Source: Chiloscyllium plagiosum
Lineage: Eukaryota
Reading direction: 5' to 3'
DNA: 64,000 nt
NCBI RefSeq assembly: GCF_004010195.1
Contig: NC_057719.1
Location: forward strand, 34,969,537 to 35,033,536
Below are positions 50,923-61,999 of this stretch, in pieces. Under the pieces are notes generated by a model. The model made no database searches. It saw only the letters and a list, made by a program, of their open reading frames with translations, and was not told where the DNA came from. Numbering within the stretch: position 1 is the first letter of the stretch; the number at the start of each line of letters is the position of its first letter. A program made the position numbers and the translations under genes.

Positions 50923-51046
50923 ACTTTGTCTAGAGGCAGTGATCCACTATAAAGAAATGTTGGCCAATATATGGGACTGTCTTCCAAAACATCTGCTTCT
51001 TAGTATTAATCAACGAGCTGGGAGTAGTAACACATCTGGATCATGA
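50923..51046 (+). CDS. KLHDC2: KLHDC2 coding exon 13 (terminal; BC/Cul2-box region and C-terminal SGS)
   Basis: ccctcag|LCLEAVIHYKEMLANIWDCLPKHLLLSINQRAGSSNTSGS*; human LSLEAVICFKEMLANSWNCLPKHLLHSVNQRFGSNNTSGS. Confidence 0.95.
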
Positions 51047-51243
51047 ATTCTGAACACAATTACTGTTTTAGCAATCAAAGTGTGATTTAGTTATTCTTTG
51101 TTCTACCAGTCAAAAATACTGGTTTGTGACAAGGTTTGGGCAAGGCGCAGAGAAGCATGACATTTGTTTTTTTTATTGGTACCTGCATTTTTTGCAGGCT
51201 TTTGATTTGCTTGTACTGTATGTATAGAAATCTTATTGTTTTT

Positions 51244-51400
51244 AATAAATGTGAAGCAAAGAAAACTAGTTTACTTTAAACATCTAAGTGTGTCATCAAC
51301 TTCAAAATAATGCTCAGTTTGATATGTTGAACCTTATCTACCTGAAACAACTTGTTTTTCATTCAGCTATTAAAAAATAAACAGGTGCATTTTCAATAAA
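51244..51400 (+). terminator. KLHDC2 candidate polyadenylation signals
   Basis: AATAAA at 51244-51249, ATTAAA at 51369-51374, AATAAA at 51376-51381 and 51395-51400. Confidence 0.6.
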
Positions 51401-52017
51401 GGGCAAAGAATTTCATGAAATCCATCCTTCATGATTTGTCATTTCAGGATAAGTTATACATGAAATTAGTATTGGCATCGCAAGTGCTAGGTAATAACAA
51501 GCCATCAATGTTGATTCCCACATTATCCTGGGAGTCACTAAGGTGGGGCAGCGGGGGAGGAGAATATAACATTACACAACTGAAAACCATAGTGGCAGTG
51601 AATACTGAAATCAGAGGCAAAATTGGGAGTGAGGAAGAGTATGGCAACTAATGTCACTAATCCAAAGAAATGAGTATGAGATTGATTCAGGACCAAAAAG
51701 ACAAATGTTTGGAGGCTGAGTGTACATTTGAAGTATTTAAATATTTCTTCCATTCTACCTTGAATAAAAATTACTTTTCTGGATTTGTACCTGAGCTGTT
51801 TGACTGATCAACCAAGTGCCACTGCTCTAAACTTAGACAAAATGTTTCTCTTTGCTATGCAAATCAGTTTGATTTTTACTGCTCACACTTTTGGCATCAT
51901 TAATCCACACTAAGTTTCAGCTATTCATGAAGGGTTATAATAAATAATCAATGCTTTTCTTGTTTGGAAAGGCAGCTTGACTGTTTCTTTTCACTAAGGA
52001 ATTTGAACATTTTACCA

Positions 52018-52156
52018 AATTACAAATCACACAACACCTGATGAGAGCGGTGCTCTGAAAGCTCATGCTTTCAATTTAACCTGTTGGACTATAACCTGGT
52101 GTTGTGTGATTTGTAACTTTGTACACCCCAGTCCAACACTGGCATCTCCAAAATCA
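52018..52156 (+). mobile_element. Family B PLE mini element with hammerhead motif and 13-bp TSD
   Basis: GAACATTTTACCA at 52005-52017 and 52157-52169. CTGATGA-GAGC-GGT-GCTC-T-GAAAGCTC at 52038-52064. Short 5' inversion and 3' tail. Confidence 0.8.
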
Positions 52157-53144
52157 GAACATTTTACCATATTTGTGGAAAGAGAAACTGAGTCACTAAT
52201 TGGTACATAACAGTATTATCATCCCTTAGATTTTTATGCCACTTTCAGCAGAGAGATAATGGAGTGGGATAGTAATTAAGTCATCTGTAGCTGTTGTAGA
52301 GGGCATTTAAGTTAGCCACCTTTTATATTACTAATTAGTGCTAGTTTCAAATAAAATGATCTGTCAAATCTTTCTTGGTCTTTGTGTATCCATCCACATA
52401 AGTACAACAATCTCATCTGCCACAGTTAATGATCATTTCTAGAGAACAAAGTTAATGTTCTGCTCACTACATAGAGAGATTGAGAAAGGTACTCATTGTA
52501 TTTAGTATCAGGAAATTATGCATTGAATAGTTTTGTGATGAGCCAATTAAAATGGGTTGAACATAACGAATACAATTTTATTTACAGTTGAAAAAAAACC
52601 TAATTTTAGAACTGATCTTTGTTATTGTAGGACACCCATGAAATTGCTGAGGGGGCTAGCTCAGGATAGCAGTGCTCATGTGTATTGTTCCTAACATTTA
52701 TTTTTCTGTAAGTAGAGGAGTACTGACCCACAGCTATTTTTCTGATGATGTCCTTCAAGTTTCATCTTCTGTATCTTAGTAAGAAAATACTAAAACTTTC
52801 AAAATAAAACTTAGAGCATCAGAATCTTACTGCAAGGTTTAATTATAATCCATTCTACTTTACTTTTCAAAAAAAATGAAACAACTGACAGAGGGAGATT
52901 CATCCAGTTAAGAACTTGCCACATTGCTGTCTTCAATTATAGACTGAGAAGTTGAATAATATGACAAGGTATGGCCACCCAGGCAACTAGTTTCTTCATG
53001 TGCTGCTGATTTATAGAGGAGGCCAGAAGAACACAACAAGCCAGGTGGCATCAGGAGATGAAATAAATGTTTTGGGTGGAACACTTTGTCTCTAGCTGAC
53101 TTATAGAGGACAAGTTTGCTCACGAGTGAGCCATCCATTCTTAA

Positions 53145-53740
53145 AAGGATTTCAGAATGCTCGAAGGTAGAAGGCAAAGGGTGGTGTTGGAGAATTGCCA
53201 ATCAGACTGGAGGCCTGTGACCAGCAGTTTGCTGCAAGAATCTGTGCTGCATCCGCTGATTATCTTTTATATAAATGATTTGGATGTGAATAGAGGAGGT
53301 ATTGAAAGAGTTCAGAAAAGATTTACAAGGATGGTGCAAGGGTTGGAGGTTTTGAGCTATAGGGAGAGGCTGAAAAGGTTGGGGCTTTTTTCCCCAAGAA
53401 CGTCAAAGTCTGAGGGGTGACCTTTTAGAGGTTTATAAAATCATGAGGGGCATGAATAGGATAAATAGAAAAGGTCTTTTCCCTGGAGTGTGGGAGGGCA
53501 TAGGTTTAGGGTGTGAGGGGAAAAATACGAAAGGGACAACTTTTTCACACAGTGGTGTATGTATGGAATGAGCTGCCAGAGGAAGTGATACAATTACAGC
53601 ATTTAAAAGGCATCTGGATGTGTATACGAATAGGAAAGGTTGAGAGGATATGGGCCAATTGCTGGCAAATGGGACTAGATTAACTTAGGATATCTGGCAA
53701 CTTGGACCGAATTGTCTTTCTGTGCTGTACATCTCTGACT
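53145..53740 (+). mobile_element. CR1-clade LINE 3' portion with internal deletion
   Basis: LEGRRQRVVLE...YINDLDV joined directly to IERVQKRFTRM. Confidence 0.85.
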
Positions 53741-54017
53741 CTAAGTCAATAGTCTAAAGTAAATTGGTCAAGAAGAAATAGGTAGAATTTCCCAGCAATG
53801 TTTCCTACATGTTTTGTACCTAGCCTATTTGCAATATTAGAGGCTGAAAGCAGCATGCAGTGCAGTCAAACTAGAGGCATCTCTCTAAATATTTGACATA
53901 ATGTTTTAAATGAATTACAGCTAATTGATGAATATTGATACTAATGTCAAAAGTTTGATGCAATACTCCACTCTTTCCTCTCTACAATTTCCCAGTAATA
54001 ATGCTTTGATGATCAGA

Positions 54018-54130
54018 TTTATTGAATGAATAAATGATATTTCTAAATAAATGCATGAATATGTGTTTTAAAAGAGTTAAATCAGTCACTCTGGATAAAG
54101 TGCACATCAATGTTCAACAGCAGCTTTATT
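54018..54130 (-). terminator. NEMF candidate polyadenylation signals
   Basis: TTTATT on + (AATAAA on -) at 54125-54130 and 54018-54023, about 170-280 nt past the NEMF stop. Confidence 0.55.
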
Positions 54131-54301
54131 TCTAAGCTTCAAGCAGCACAAAACCAAGTACACAGACACGTGTTAATCACTTATTCTGGTCATATTTAAA
54201 TTTTTAATCAATCAGCTCTCTGGGGTTTTCTTTAGATGTTCTACATATTAATATCTCCAAGGACTGTCATGTAAATTCAAACCAAAGTAAATCCCATGTA
54301 A

Positions 54302-54379
54302 TTACTTCCGTTTATTAGCTAATAAGTTAGGTGCTGAAACCTTCACCTTGCCAGGTATGTTTCTTGACAAATCTGTATC
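54302..54379 (-). CDS. NEMF: NEMF terminal coding exon (ribosome quality control factor, Rqc2 orthologue)
   Basis: Minus strand tatttag|[25 protein letters not shown]; recalled human [25 protein letters not shown]. Confidence 0.93.
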   Translation of the reverse strand, partial: [25 protein letters not shown]

Positions 54380-54834
54380 CTAAATAAGAGAAAGATAAAA
54401 GTTTTTAGTCTACAGTTATCACCAGAACATAAACTCAGTTTCTTCTCCAAGTTTTCTAATGGATTCTGGGGTGATAAGGGAGAGAAATTAAAAGTTTAAA
54501 AAGGTTTATTTTTAAATTGTCAGATGTCTATTAACATAATCCTGCAGTAGCAGGAGTGATTATTTTTCATTAATGAATAATGTAGACTTAATTCACAAAT
54601 GAGGCACTTAATTATATTTTATTATGGTTAATTGTGAAACATGAAAGAAGGAAACAAGGTTTACAGTTATTTTTATGGCTCAAGCTAATGTAGATTTAGG
54701 CTAACAAATGTGAAAATGCTTTAGAAGAGATTGCAGCTTTTACACCAGAACAAAGATGAAACAATTATGATCATATTTTAAATTTAACATATATAACAGG
54801 CCCCTGTTTGTTTTGTAGTGGTTAGTTTGAACTT

Positions 54835-55135
54835 GGCAGCACAGTGGCTCAGTGATTAGCACAGCTGCCTCTCAGCACCAGAGTCCCAGGTTCGATTCCA
54901 GCGATTGTGTGGAGTTTGCACATTCTCCTTGTGTCTGCGTGGGTTTCCTCCGGGTGCTCCCGTTTCCTCCCACAGTCCAAATGTGTGGAGGTCAGGTAAA
55001 TTGGCTATGCTAAATTGCCCATAGTGTTAGGTGCATTAGTCAGAGGGAAATGGGTCTGGGTGGGTTACTCTTCAGAGGGTCGGTATGGACTGGTTGGGCC
55101 GAAGTGCCGGTTTCCACACTGTAGGGAATCTAATT
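54835..55135 (+). mobile_element. HE1-like tRNA SINE in the last NEMF intron
   Basis: ggcagcacagtggctcagtgattagcac...ggttcgattcc head; gtttccacactgtagggaatctaat tail. Confidence 0.85.
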
Positions 55136-56819
55136 TGGTTTAGGGATCAGTTAGTATGGAACCACACATTGTTCTTGGAATTTTAGAGGGGGATGATTCT
55201 AAATCACTGGGGGTTACATTACACACTCAAAACAGACATGCAGCATAGCACCAATGACTCTGTTTAACTTGGTAAGGATCCATGGAGTTATTAAGCCAAG
55301 AGACACAAGGTGTTACAAAAGTGATTGGCATATCAAAGACTGAAGATAGTTGGAAGTGAGATGACTATTACTTTTGAAGAAACTAATTAGGAATACACTG
55401 CTTAACTAATCAAAGATTGTTCATGCCAGTTAAAGTTCAGAATGTCTCTGATCATGGTTTGGTTAGTGGCTCGCAAGGGATCAATAAGTGGCGATTCTTA
55501 GTAGTTCAGTGCTGAAGAACAAGCTTGAAGACAGAAGAGAAGAAGAATAGTGTGTCCAGTCAACCAAGTTGTGATCAGATATTCATCTGAAAAATGACTG
55601 CTTTTATTAAGTATCATATCTTTTCTACTTCTGATCAACATATGTTTTCACATATTTTGCAGAATTTATGTATTTTGTAATTAATCAGGTCATTAAACAA
55701 TGAACCTTCTTGAGCATATTAATGAGATGCCACTGGAGCAGGTAGGACTTAAACCCAGAAGACTGCGCCTCAAGACACTCTAGTGAAATTTTAGGCTGAG
55801 TTTAAGAGAACCAATTTAAAACAATAATTGACTTGGGGATTGTAAAGTGAATCCTCAAATCTACTATTATTAAAATTGTTCGACTTATAAATTATAATAT
55901 TTAAAGAATGGTCTCATCAAAGTCCTGCAACATTGTAGGACTCTTGTACTCCAAGTCTTTTGCTATTAAGGTCAATGTGACACTTGCTGTACCCCTGTGC
56001 TAACTTCCTGTGCTCCTCAAACAGCGGCATCCACATTTCTTGAATGATTAAGTACAGTTAGATAACTAATTAAGTAACATCAGCTTTTGCAACAGTTTTA
56101 TTCAAATTACTATAATAAACTATGGCAAGTGTACACAATCTATTCCAAGTTCATTTAATTTTAGATTTATTCAATGTCTGAATTTCCTTCAAATAGTATA
56201 TTTTTGTGTTCAACTATGCAAATCTCATGAATTTTATAGGTGTTCATTGATCATTAATCTTGACTACAACTGCCTCCTCCATGCATTAACAACTTGCCCT
56301 GACGTAATGACCACTGCTTGTGAATTAATTCATAAAAGGGAATAAAAGTAAACATGTTACATTTAACTATAATGAACAAGAGGCTTTCTTATAACCTGTG
56401 GCTTGAAAGGTGTGTTCTGTATTAATAAATCTTTTTAAAGAAAACTCATCGCACACTGGGCCAGCATTAAACAGAGGTCAGTTAAGAGTCAACCCCATTA
56501 TTGCAGGTCTGAAGTCACATATAGGTCAGACAAGGTAAGGTTGGCAGATTTCTTTAAAATGATATTACTGAACCAGATGAGTTTTTACAACAATGGGTAC
56601 GTGGCTATTTTAAATTCCAGAATTAAGTCTCTCCATCTGCCATGATGGAATTAAAACCCATGTGCCCAGAACATTAGTAACCAGAACACCAGCTAATGTC
56701 ATTCAGTAACACTGTCACTGCCTTCCCAAAAAATTCATTTCTAAAATGTTTTTGTTAGATACCACTCCTAAAAAAGTAGTAGTTTCATTGAGCAGAAACT
56801 ATTCTGAAATGTGTTTTAC

Positions 56820-56899
56820 CTTTACACTGCGTAATAAATCTTTTTCCCGTGGCACGGCTTCTTTGGAATGCATGAAGTTATGCAAGGCTGTTTTAGCCG
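56820..56899 (-). CDS. NEMF: NEMF penultimate coding exon
   Basis: Minus strand tttatag|(A)[26 protein letters not shown]|gtaaaa, 80 nt; human [27 protein letters not shown]. Confidence 0.93.
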
Positions 56900-56983
56900 C
56901 TATAAAAAGAGACAAATCAAAGAGTGTTTACGTCATCAATTCAAAGCAAATTTGTGAAGAAGCATTACCATAAATTTACATAC

Positions 56984-57027
56984 CCTTCCCTTTTTTCTGT
57001 GTTCCAGGTGTGAGTTTCACCTTGTAT
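56984..57027 (-). CDS. NEMF: NEMF third-from-last coding exon (further exons lie beyond the window)
   Basis: Minus strand atttcag|YKVKLTPGTQKKGK|gtatgt, 44 nt, phases compatible with the next exon. Confidence 0.92.
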
Positions 57028-58331
57028 CTGAAATCGAACAATACAAATTAAACAGTTTAGTTCATGTGTGTCAAATATACTTGTCTCTATTAACTGAATT
57101 TCAGCTACCTCAAAAATGTCAACAGTGCAATGAGTGTTACTAAAATTGCAAAGGTTTCATTCAAGTACAAAACAATCAATATTTGCAAATACATTCTGGT
57201 AAATTAAGTTTAACTTTTTGATTTAGAGACCAGCTGTTTTGTTTAAAGCAAATTTCTATTTGCGCCGTTCTAAAGGGTCACCCGATCCATAATGTTAACT
57301 GATTTCTCTCCACAGATGCTGCCAGACCTGAACTTACTCAACAATGTTTTTTGTTTCTATTTGTGCTTTTGATTTATTCCCCTTAATTACTACATTGTTT
57401 CAAATTTTCTTTCAAACGTTCTTTCCATTTTGTTCTGCCGTTTTGCAACAGACATTTTTTGGGGGGTCAATTGATCGTGGTCACCATTCGGTAGCTTTTA
57501 ATTTGTTATAAACCAGGGAGTGTTAATTGGGAAGAGCTATTATTTCATACGTGGGAATTATTTAAACACCTGCTGATGAGAGTTCAACACTGGCACATTC
57601 CAGTAAGGAGGGAGGACAAGAATGGCAAGGTAAAGGACCCTTGGAAAACAAGAGAGGTTGTGAATTTAGCCAAAATGAAAAAATAAGCAGATGTAAGGTT
57701 CAGGAAGCTAAAATCAGACAGGGCCTGCGAGGAATATAAGGAAAGCATGAAAGTACTTGAGCAGGGAATTAGGAGAGGAAGAAGGGGCCATGAAATTACC
57801 TTGGCAAGTAGAGTTAAAGAGAATTCCAAGGCACTCTATACATATTTTACAAACGAGAATAAACCAGGGAGAAGATAGAACTACTCAAGGATAAAGGAGG
57901 GAACTTGTGCTTGGAAGCAGAGAATGTAGGTGAAATCCTAAATGAGTACTTTGCATCAGTATTCACCCAGGAGAAGGATATAGAGGATTGTGAGATTTGT
58001 ATGGAGCTAATATGCTAGGATTAGTGGTGCTGGAAAAGCACAGCAGTTCAGGCAGCATCCAAGGAGTAGTTTGCTAGGGTATTTTGAGATCAAGAAAGTA
58101 GTATTGTTGGATCTCTTGAGGAGCATTAAGGTAGATAAGTCCCCAGGGCGTGATGGTATCTACTCCAGGTTACTGAAAGAGGCAAGAGAGGAGGAGATTG
58201 TTAGGGCCTTGACCAAGATCTTTGTATCCATGCTAGTCACTGGAAAGGTCCCAGAGGAATGGCAAGTTCCTTTGTTCAAGAAGTGAAACAGGGATGTTGT
58301 GGTTCTGTTCACCGAGCTGGGAATTCGTGTT

Positions 58332-58371
58332 GCAGACGTTTCGTCCCCTGTCTAGGTAACATCCTCAGTGC
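58332..58371 (-). ncRNA. Minimal type-I hammerhead ribozyme (sense in NEMF pre-mRNA)
   Basis: Minus strand GCA-CTGAGGA-T-GTTACC-TAGACA-GGGGAC-GAAA-CGTC-TGC. Confidence 0.72.
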
Positions 58372-58631
58372 TTGGAAGCCTCCTGTGAAGCGCTTCTGTG
58401 ATCTTTCCTCCAGTATTTGTAGTGGTTTGAATCTGCCGTGGTCGGTATATTGGGTCCAGGTCGATGTGCTTATTGATTCATCCACAGATTCAATCAATAA
58501 GCACATCGACCTGGACCCAATATACCGACCACTGCAGCGGACAGCTGGAACTGACAACTGGAAGCGGCAGATTCAAACCACTACAAATGCCAGAGGAAAG
58601 ATCACCAAAGCGCAAAACAGGAGGCTCCCAA

Positions 58632-58669
58632 GCACTGAGGATGTCACCTAGACGGGACGAAACGTCTGC
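58632..58669 (+). ncRNA. Minimal type-I hammerhead ribozyme
   Basis: GCA-CTGAGGA-T-GTCACC-TAGAC-GGGAC-GAAA-CGTC-TGC: stem I GCA/UGC, intact core, stem II, palindromic stem III, GUC site at 58664-58666. Confidence 0.75.
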
Positions 58670-61079
58670 AACACAAATTCCCAGCTCGGCGAACAGAACC
58701 ACAACAACGAGCACCCGAGCTACAAATCTTCTCACAAACTTTGAAATAGGGATAATTCAGGAAACTACAGACCAGCGAGTCTCACATTGGTGGTTGGGAA
58801 GCTATTGGAGAGAATTCCTAAGGATAGGATTTATGCACATTTTGAAAAACATGGCCTAATTGGGGTCAGTCAACATGGCTTTGTGCAGGTCAGGTCATGT
58901 CTTACCAACTTAATTGAATTTTTTTTCAGGTGGCAGCAAAGGTGATCAATGTGGGTAGAGTAGTGGATGTTGTTTACATGGATTTTAGTATGGCTTTTGA
59001 CAAGGTTCCTCATCGTAGAAGATAAAGATGCATGGGAGTCATGGATTCAGAATCGGCTTACCCATAGAAGACAGAGGGTAGTGGTGGAAGGGTGTTTTTC
59101 AGGCTGAAGGTCAGTGATTTGTAGTGTTTTGCAGGGATCCGTACTGGGACCTTGGCTGTTTGTAATAGATATCAGTGACTTAGATGAACATACAGATGGG
59201 TGGGTTAATAAATTTGCAGATGATACAAAGATTGGTGGAGTTGTGGTTAGTGAAGGAGGCTGACAGGGTACAGCGGCATACAGATCAGTTATAGATATGG
59301 GTGGAGAAATGACGGATGGAGTTTACTCTGGTTAGTGTGAGGTGCTGCAGTTTGGGAGATCAAATGTTAAGGTAAAGTATACAGTTAATGGCAGTACTCT
59401 GAACACTGGTGTACAGAAGGATCTTAAAATTCAAGTCCATAGCTCCCTGAAATTGGGTACTTAAGTAGATAGGGTGGTAAAGGCGGCATTTGGCATGCTT
59501 GGTTGGGGAAATGAGTATAAGCGACATGATGTCATGTTGCAGCTTTATAAGAATTTGGTTAGACCACACTTAGAGTATTGCATTCAGTTCTGTTCACCAC
59601 ATTACAGAAAGGATGTGGAGGCTTTGCAGAGAGTTCAGAAGAGGTTTACCAGGATGTTGCCTGGATTAGAGAGAGTATGAGCTATAAGGAGGCTAGAAAA
59701 ACTCAGGTTGTTTTCTTGAGGCTGAGGGGAGAATAGAAGATAATAAAATTATGAGATGCATAGACAGGGTTGACAGTCAAAGTTTTTCCCAGAATTGAAA
59801 TGTTTAATACTAGGGGCATGCATTTAAGGTGAGAGGAGGAAAGTGCAAAGGAGTTGTGAGGGGCAAGTTTTTTTTTAAAATGCAGAGAGTTGTAGGAGTC
59901 TGAAACGCACTGCCAGGGGTTGTGGTTGAGGCAGATACAATAAGGGCATTTAAGGGACTTTTAAATAAGCACATGAATATGGAGGGATATAGATCAAGGG
60001 CAGTCAGAAGGGATTAGTTCCATTTGGTATGATGTTTGGCACAATATCATGGGTTGAAGGGCCTGTTCCTGTGTTGTATTGTTCTATGTTCTCCTACTTG
60101 AAAGCAAAATTAAAAACCTTCCGGACTCTGTGAGAGCTCTGACACCACCCACTCTTGTCTCATTTAAAAAAAAACACCCAGGGAAAATTCAAAAGCTGTT
60201 TACCAACTGTCTGAAGGAGACATTCTACTCCCACTGTGGCAAAAGTCCTCTACAAGAGAAACAGCACTAAACACTACTCTCTTAAAGACATAATCTCATC
60301 ACAAATTCCAGATTATTTTTATTTAATTCAAATTTTACCCTCTGCCATGGTGGTTCTGGGTAACTGGTCAAGTGACACTGCTACTACATCACCCACCATT
60401 TAAGGTTTATACACTCTGTCCATTAATTTCCTTTCTCAGTGCTTTATGGTGGCATTGTCACTTGCCTAGTAATCTAGAACCAGGTTTCACAGACAGTGAA
60501 ATGTGAATTAAATAAAATCTGGAATTTACAACTACCAAATGGTGACCATCCTTATCTGGTCAGCCCTACAAGAGACTCAGGGCTTACAGCAATGTGGTTG
60601 ACTCTTAAGTGCTTTCTAAAACGTCTGAGCAAGCCATCTGTTCAAGGGAAGTTAAGGATGGGCAATAAATGCTGGCCAAGCATGATGCTCACATTCCATG
60701 AACAAATTTAATAACAAAGTATTTTTTTAAAAAAAAACAATTTTAATAAAGCTTCAGTGGACCTGAAATGTTAACTCTCTCCACTGTAATTCCAAATGGC
60801 AACAGGATTAGGCCAGTTGACTCTGCTTGTTTAATACAACTGTGATTGATGGAACAATTCAATGCCTTTTACCCACATTATCCTCATAACCCTTTATGCC
60901 ATTGGGAGTTAGAAATCCATGAATATCTACCTTAAACATATTTTAAACGACTGAAGTTCCACAGCCATCTGAATTATTGAATATTTGGAATTCTGTATTT
61001 ATCTGTGAACAAATGTGTCCTCATCTTGGTCCTTAATTTCATATTTTGCCCCATTCTACATTCCCCAACCAGGACAATC

Positions 61080-61965
61080 ACCACCAGGACATCGCTGTGG
61101 GAGTTCCTCAGACTAGTCTCCTCGGCCCAACAATCTTCAGCTAATTCATCAATGACCTCCCTCTATCATAATGTAGGAAGTGGGGATGCTTGTCAATGAT
61201 TTCCCAATGTTCAGCACCATTCACAACTCCTCAGATACTGAAGCAGTCAATACATGTCCAAATGCAGCAAAACAACATTCATGATTGGGCTGAAAAGTGG
61301 CAACATGTTACACAAATGCCAGGCAATGACCATCTCTGGCAAGAGAAAATTGAACCATCACCCCATGACATTCAATGGTGGTTCCATTATTAATATCCTG
61401 GGGGTTACCACTGACCAGAAACTCAACTGGACTCTCCATATAAAATGCAGTGATTACAAAAGCAGGACAGAAGCTAGGAATACTGCAGTGAGTAACTCCC
61501 ATCCTGACTCCCCAGTGCCTGCTCACCATTTACAAGGAACAAATCAGGAGTGTGATGGAATAATTACCACTTGTCTGGATGGGTGCAACTCCAACAACAA
61601 AAATTTTTGACACATTCAGAACAGAGCAGCTTGCTTGATTGGCACCACATCCACAAACATCAAACCACTCCAACACCAAAGCTCAGTGGCAGCAATATGA
61701 ATTATCTACAAAATGTACTGCATAAATTCACCAAAATTGTTAGTAGCCCCTTCTAAACTCACAACCACCCCCCCCCCCTCCATGTCGAAAGATAGGGGCA
61801 GATCAGCAGATACATGGAAACACCACCACCTGCAAGTTCCCCTCCAAGCCACACTTGGAAATGTTGCTGGGTCAACATCCTGGAATTCCCTCCCTAATGG
61901 CATTTTGACTCTACTTATAGTATATGGACTGTGATTCAAGAAGGCAGCTCACCACCAACTTTCAA
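61080..61965 (+). mobile_element. Decayed CR1/L2-group LINE 3' portion
   Basis: DWAEKWQ, KCQAMTIS and INILGVTTDQKLNW motifs. Confidence 0.7.
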
Positions 61966-61999
61966 GGTAAACAGACCAAAATTCCATTCAGCTTTTATA

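Larger units (their letters stand above)
58296..58741. mobile_element. 446-bp fold-back Penelope-like insertion (family C relative): inverted pLTR pair, tail and TSD
   Basis: Arms 58296-58478 and 58492-58705, 13-nt loop, about 36-nt tail at 58706-58741. TSD TGAAACAGGGAT (58284-58295) / TGAAATAGGGAT (58742-58753). DSINKHIDLDPIYRPL endonuclease C-terminus. Confidence 0.9.
57480..60090 (+). mobile_element. CR1-clade LINE, decayed, hosting two PLE insertions
   Basis: IKVDKSPGRDGIYSRLLKE, aaatttgcagatgatacaaagattgg and LYKNLVRPHLEYCIQF motifs; (TTCTATG)-like tail near 60075-60090. Confidence 0.9.

Noticed and set aside
6652..56983. Minor (U12) introns in KLHDC2 or NEMF
   Set aside because: No donor matches RTATCCTT; all identified introns are ordinary GT-AG
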